From NCBI GenBank assembly GCA_037446635.1, contig JBBIIG010000002.1:96001-160000 (forward strand): DNA of 64,000 bases. The letters run 5' to 3'. Numbering within the stretch: position 1 is the stretch's first letter; each line of letters opens with the position of its first letter. The translations under genes and the position numbers were made by a program. Shown here in pieces: positions 60,010 through 64,000 of this stretch. The notes beneath the pieces are model-generated. The model was not told the origin of the DNA and ran no database searches. It worked only from the letters and a program-made list of their open reading frames with translations. The stretch comes from a bacterium. Lineage in GTDB: Bacteria; Zhuqueibacterota; Zhuqueibacteria; Oceanimicrobiales; Oceanimicrobiaceae.

Positions 60010-60432
60010 CGGGATGAACGTATCGAAATTATTCACCAGCCATTTGCCGTTGACGGCAATGGTTGATAATACAAATTGTCGCTGCGATTCGTAGCCGCCT
60101 TTGCTTTCAATTGTTACGTCATAAAAAAACGTAACCGAGTTGTCCGGGCGCTGCTGCTGACTCTTGAGTTTGTAATCGATGAAGGGTTTGGCGCTGGAAA
60201 GCTCGAGGTCTGGCTGCATGCGCACGCTGCGCAGCGATTCAATTTCTTTTTGAAGTTTCATCGTGGCGAGTCCGGTGCACAATTCCTGCGCGCCCTGTTG
60301 GTTCAGTTCGATCAAATATCGAAACAGAAACTCCTCGGAGACGCCTTCGGGCGTATTTTTGTAACCGCAGGCAAAAAAGACGGTCGAAAGAAGTGCAAAC
60401 AAAAAAATCGACAAGAGTTTCAAGAGATTCAT
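59995..60432 (-). CDS. Hypothetical lipoprotein (NTF2/DUF4878-like)
   Basis: FFAC lipobox, TPE.V...F, GKWLV. Confidence 0.7.
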   Translation of the reverse strand: MNLLKLLSIFLFALLSTVFFACGYKNTPEGVSEEFLFRYLIELNQQGAQELCTGLATMKLQKEIESLRSVRMQPDLELSSAKPFIDYKLKSQQQRPDNSVTFFYDVTIESKGGYESQRQFVLSTIAVNGKWLVNNFDTFIPEREK

Positions 60433-60490
60433 AGCCGAAAAATTTGGCTACAAAATAGCTTGAGCATCCCAAAAAATCAAGGGGAATGAT

Positions 60491-60900
60491 TCAAACAATC
60501 AAAAGTATTTGAATCAATGGCCACGACAGTTTATAAAAAGCGCCAAATAAATTATAGTGTATCGCTGCAGCTAAGAATAACCAACCCAGTAGAAAACGAT
60601 AAAAGGACGTTAAGAGAATAAATTTCCACTTTTTTTTTTCTGATAGGCAAACCTCAATTTGCGGCTGATTATTTTTTTGAAAGATCAGCACTTCATAAAA
60701 AAATAGAAAATTACTCCACAAACTACCTAAGGGAGATCGAAAGGCATCTTCCTCCTTGCAAGAAAGAACGCCGTCATAATGAGAATAACTACCGAAACAA
60801 TAACTAAGATTAAGATAGGGAGACGTTGTTGCGTTGAAGAGGTTGGCTATTCTTTAGTCAGCCGCCAGGCTTTTCTATACTTTAGTTCTTGCGCACTCAA
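60491..60900 (-). pseudogene. Possible decayed membrane-protein gene
   Basis: AT-rich; hydrophobic stretches (LPILILVIVSVVILIM) broken by TAG stops and a frame change. Confidence 0.3.
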
Positions 60901-60935
60901 AGATGTTGATTTTTCAAGGCCCTCGTCAAATTAAT

Positions 60936-62201
60936 TCACTTCGACAAAATCCGATCGATAAACGTCGCCAGCGATTGATGTTCCACTGCCGAGTTTTTGC
61001 GCAGCACGTTGGACATCAACCCCACCAAATAGGTGCGGCCATCCGGGTGCTCGACAATCGCCACCGAGTTCATACCGTTTTCAACGTTGCCCATATATTT
61101 TTTGCAGACAAAACCCGGCTCCGGCTGGCAGCGGTAGAGGCTGCCGGATTTAAAATACACCGCGGCCTCCTGCAGTCGCGGCGCCGAGGCGTAGCGGATG
61201 CGGCGCGCCGTCATGTACATCAAACGTTTGATTTCCAGGCTCGACCACTCGTCCACGATTTTACCGCGCTCGAGCGCAACCAAATATTGCAGCAGCCCCT
61301 TCGGACTCGCGAAGCTGCCGCGGCCGCTCAAAATATCCTTCGAGGCCATGTAAGTAAAAAAGCTGCCCAACTGCCAGTCGCGTTGTGCGATGCCGATGGC
61401 GCGCAGCGGCTCGTTCACAATCGCGAACGCCATATCGCCCAACTCTTTTTTCGGGGTTTTCGCGAAGAATTCCTGCTCCTGTGCCGGCGTGGGCGGATAG
61501 TCCGGGCCGAAGGCGCGCATCAGCAGGGCTTCCTTCCAAACCAAGCTGGCGGCGGAATTAGCGCTGGCGGAGAGCATGTGGTCGGCCAGTTCGTACAATG
61601 AAAACACGTCGCCCTCCTTCATGGGGCGGTTGGCGTATTTGCCGGTTTCGGGATCGAAAATGGGCACTTCGTGCTCGTCGCTGCGAATCCACCTGTCCGC
61701 CACCACCATTCGAGTCCGCAGCAGCTCGCGGCGCTTTTCGGCGCTGTCCGGAAAGATGGCGCGCAGCTCAGTAAACAGGCCGGCGATCACCGCCAACTTG
61801 CCGACGCTGCCGGGCGAAAACTGGCGGTTGGGCTGGCGTTCGGCGTAGCGGAAGGGCTTGCCGGGCGTGATCTCGAGCAGCGCCAGCGAGTAGCTTTCAT
61901 CGCGGTTGGGGAAGAGCTTGTCGATCTCCTTTTGCAGCGCTGCATCGATGGGTGGCAGGGTTTCCAGCGAGTCGCCGCGCGTCCCCAGCAAATTTAACTT
62001 GATATCGTTGATGGATTTCTGCGCGCCGGGGATCGGCGCCGTGCCTTTGATTTCGCCGGCGAGGATGCGCCGCAGCCGTTCGAGGCGGCGGATGCCGGTG
62101 AGACTATAGCCGTCGATGGGATAGCTGAAGATGGAGTCGATTAAAACTGAAAAAGTCAAGATGAATAAAGCGATGAAGCCCAAAATTTGTCGCACGTCCA
62201 A
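60936..62201 (-). CDS. Secreted serine hydrolase, beta-lactamase/PBP fold
   Basis: Signal sequence; SVGK (SxxK), SAN (SxN), KSG. Confidence 0.8.
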   Translation of the reverse strand: MDVRQILGFIALFILTFSVLIDSIFSYPIDGYSLTGIRRLERLRRILAGEIKGTAPIPGAQKSINDIKLNLLGTRGDSLETLPPIDAALQKEIDKLFPNRDESYSLALLEITPGKPFRYAERQPNRQFSPGSVGKLAVIAGLFTELRAIFPDSAEKRRELLRTRMVVADRWIRSDEHEVPIFDPETGKYANRPMKEGDVFSLYELADHMLSASANSAASLVWKEALLMRAFGPDYPPTPAQEQEFFAKTPKKELGDMAFAIVNEPLRAIGIAQRDWQLGSFFTYMASKDILSGRGSFASPKGLLQYLVALERGKIVDEWSSLEIKRLMYMTARRIRYASAPRLQEAAVYFKSGSLYRCQPEPGFVCKKYMGNVENGMNSVAIVEHPDGRTYLVGLMSNVLRKNSAVEHQSLATFIDRILSK

Positions 62202-62234
62202 CTCCTCAATTACATCTGTGAAATAATGGGGAAC

Positions 62235-64000
62235 TTAATTCGCCAGGGTTAGCGCCTTATCCAGCTCGATCGCCACATCTGGCGGAGAGACCGGATCCAG
62301 CGAGAGCAGATAACTGGACGACGCCGCGCGCTTGTTCTCCACAAACGGCCGCACCTGAAATAACCAGATGTGCCCGTCTTTGAAGCCGAGCTCCACATCC
62401 CACGGACCTTGAGACTCGATTCCCGGCTGCTTACTCAGCGTCTCTTTGATGAGCGCGGCCAGCGCCCGAAGCTGGTAGAGATCGCCCTCTTTGAGAATGG
62501 GCTGATGGAAGTGGGCGAAGGCTTTTTGCGTGCCGCCGGTTTTCGGAACAATCAGGTATTTGTTTTCGCGCGCCGGTGTCAACAGCAAGTTCTGGCCGTT
62601 GCTTCGCAGCAGGTAGGACTCCGCTTTTTGACCTTCCACCGCGCCGCCGACGCCGCGGTTGAACGCCACGGTCACGTCGTCCAAGTTGCCGGTGTGCGGA
62701 TCGCTGGTGATCAACACGCCGGATTTATCGTTGTTCACCGACGGCAAAATAAGAATGGAAGGATAAACATTTTCTGGATTAAGAAGAAATTTCTGCCGCC
62801 AGCGATAGCTGCGTTCGGAATAGGGCGAGGCCCACACATCGCGGATGCCCTGCAGAATTTTTTCCCGATCCACGACATTAAAAACTGTCAAATTTAACCC
62901 GGCGCCGGTGAAGTCTTTCAAATCCTCCATATTGGTATCGCTGCGAATGAACACTGGCAGCTCGCCCATTTTGGCTCCAAGAATTTCGATGAAGGCCTTC
63001 TCCAGCTTCTCTAAAAAATTATCGAAAAAAGCTATTTTTTTGATGGCCGCCGAAAGCTGGGCGAGCCGTTCCAACGTGTAGCTTTCAATTTCTTCTTCGC
63101 TGGCGCCGGCGGCGCGTTTGGCGCTGGCTTCGGTAAACGTTTCCTGCAAGAACTGCCAGTAGCTGCCGTCGCTGCCGGGCATGGCCTGCTGCAAATGCTG
63201 GCGGAAGACGCCAAAAGGAATCACGAAGCCTTCCACGACGTTGCTGGGAAACATGTGCTTGAGCTGGCCGAGATTGGCGGCTTTGGGGCCGCAGGTCTTG
63301 CCGGAATCGCTGGCGCGCAAGTCTCGCAGATTGATGAGATCCATCTTTTTTAAGTTAATTTTCTGCGTCGGCACCGTGATGCGATCCTCGCTGCGCTGAG
63401 CCACGGCCACCAGCGCGCGCTCTTCGTCCGTCATCTCGGACTCGGGCTTCATGATTACCGCGCCGCGGCGAGAGACGGCGTAAAAAACTTTCTGCCCGGC
63501 AAACGGCTTGAGCTCGTTAAGATTTTGTTGGGTGGTGCTGGCGTTCGGAATTCCTAAGTTGCGGGCAAGCAGTTGCACGTGCGAAACCAGGTTTCCTTCC
63601 GAGACCGTAACAATGCCCGCCACCGGCTTCATATCGGCGGGCGCCCGCTGCATCACATAAATTTTCGAGGCGCTGAGGGCGACGCCTTCCGGCGCGCCGG
63701 TGATGATCTCCAACTCGCCAAACGCGAAGCCGGGGTTGAGGCCGCGCACCTGATGTTGGCTGGGGACGCCCATCACAAAATTAGAAACCTGGCAGAGGCT
63801 CTCGGCGATCTGCTGCAGCTCCCAGGCGGTCTCGCCCAACGGCAGCAGCGCCGAACTGCGCACCCGGTCGTCGATAAACCCGGCCGCCAGCGGCTCGAAA
63901 TTCAAAAACAGCTCCACCACGGGCTCGTAAACCGAGCGCGCCATGCTGGTGCCCCACTCCACGACGCGGCGGGCGTACTGCGCGCGCTCGAGATATGTCT
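62235..64000 (-). CDS. PEP-utilizer/dikinase-like protein; 5' end outside the window
   Basis: Phospho-His swivel motif SHVQLLARNLGIP, then ATP-grasp motifs GPKAANLG, RSD...ED...AG, SGV, DVE, Q.RP. Confidence 0.88.
   Translation of the reverse strand, partial: TYLERAQYARRVVEWGTSMARSVYEPVVELFLNFEPLAAGFIDDRVRSSALLPLGETAWELQQIAESLCQVSNFVMGVPSQHQVRGLNPGFAFGELEIITGAPEGVALSASKIYVMQRAPADMKPVAGIVTVSEGNLVSHVQLLARNLGIPNASTTQQNLNELKPFAGQKVFYAVSRRGAVIMKPESEMTDEERALVAVAQRSEDRITVPTQKINLKKMDLINLRDLRASDSGKTCGPKAANLGQLKHMFPSNVVEGFVIPFGVFRQHLQQAMPGSDGSYWQFLQETFTEASAKRAAGASEEEIESYTLERLAQLSAAIKKIAFFDNFLEKLEKAFIEILGAKMGELPVFIRSDTNMEDLKDFTGAGLNLTVFNVVDREKILQGIRDVWASPYSERSYRWRQKFLLNPENVYPSILILPSVNNDKSGVLITSDPHTGNLDDVTVAFNRGVGGAVEGQKAESYLLRSNGQNLLLTPARENKYLIVPKTGGTQKAFAHFHQPILKEGDLYQLRALAALIKETLSKQPGIESQGPWDVELGFKDGHIWLFQVRPFVENKRAASSSYLLSLDPVSPPDVAIELDKALTLAN

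Overview
A 64 kb bacterial chromosomal window. The source is probably an FCB-superphylum-related organism (KSB1/Calditrichota-like); this is inferred from the FlgD/T9SS-type C-terminal tag, barrel-fused SppA, alpha2-type GlyRS and a CarboxypepD-type TonB receptor. Most of it is housekeeping: mutM, lnt, sulfate ABC sbp-cysT-cysW-cysA, sppA, ptrB, glyQS, a galT-like gene, corC-ybeY-7TM/HD-phoH, aspS, pgm/pmm, prmC-prfA-DUF1385-rpmE-rho-folC, sod, eno-pyk and a deoxyhypusine synthase-like gene. Small accessory inserts lie between these: two restriction-modification cassettes, two type II toxin-antitoxin pairs, several gene remnants and many nested palindromic repeats. The most notable observations are: (1) a methyltransferase paired with a PLD nuclease that, after repair of a one-base frameshift, is fused to a degenerate two-motif LAGLIDADG-like domain; (2) short palindromic elements inserted in frame in four conserved genes (ptrB, ybeY, aspS, prmC); (3) a dikinase with His-swivel-then-ATP-grasp domain order next to a secreted SxxK serine hydrolase; (4) a GalT paralog with Tyr at the catalytic His position; (5) three sigma-54 promoter motifs. 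No rRNA, tRNA or CRISPR array was seen. All family assignments come from motif recognition by eye, not from database searches.
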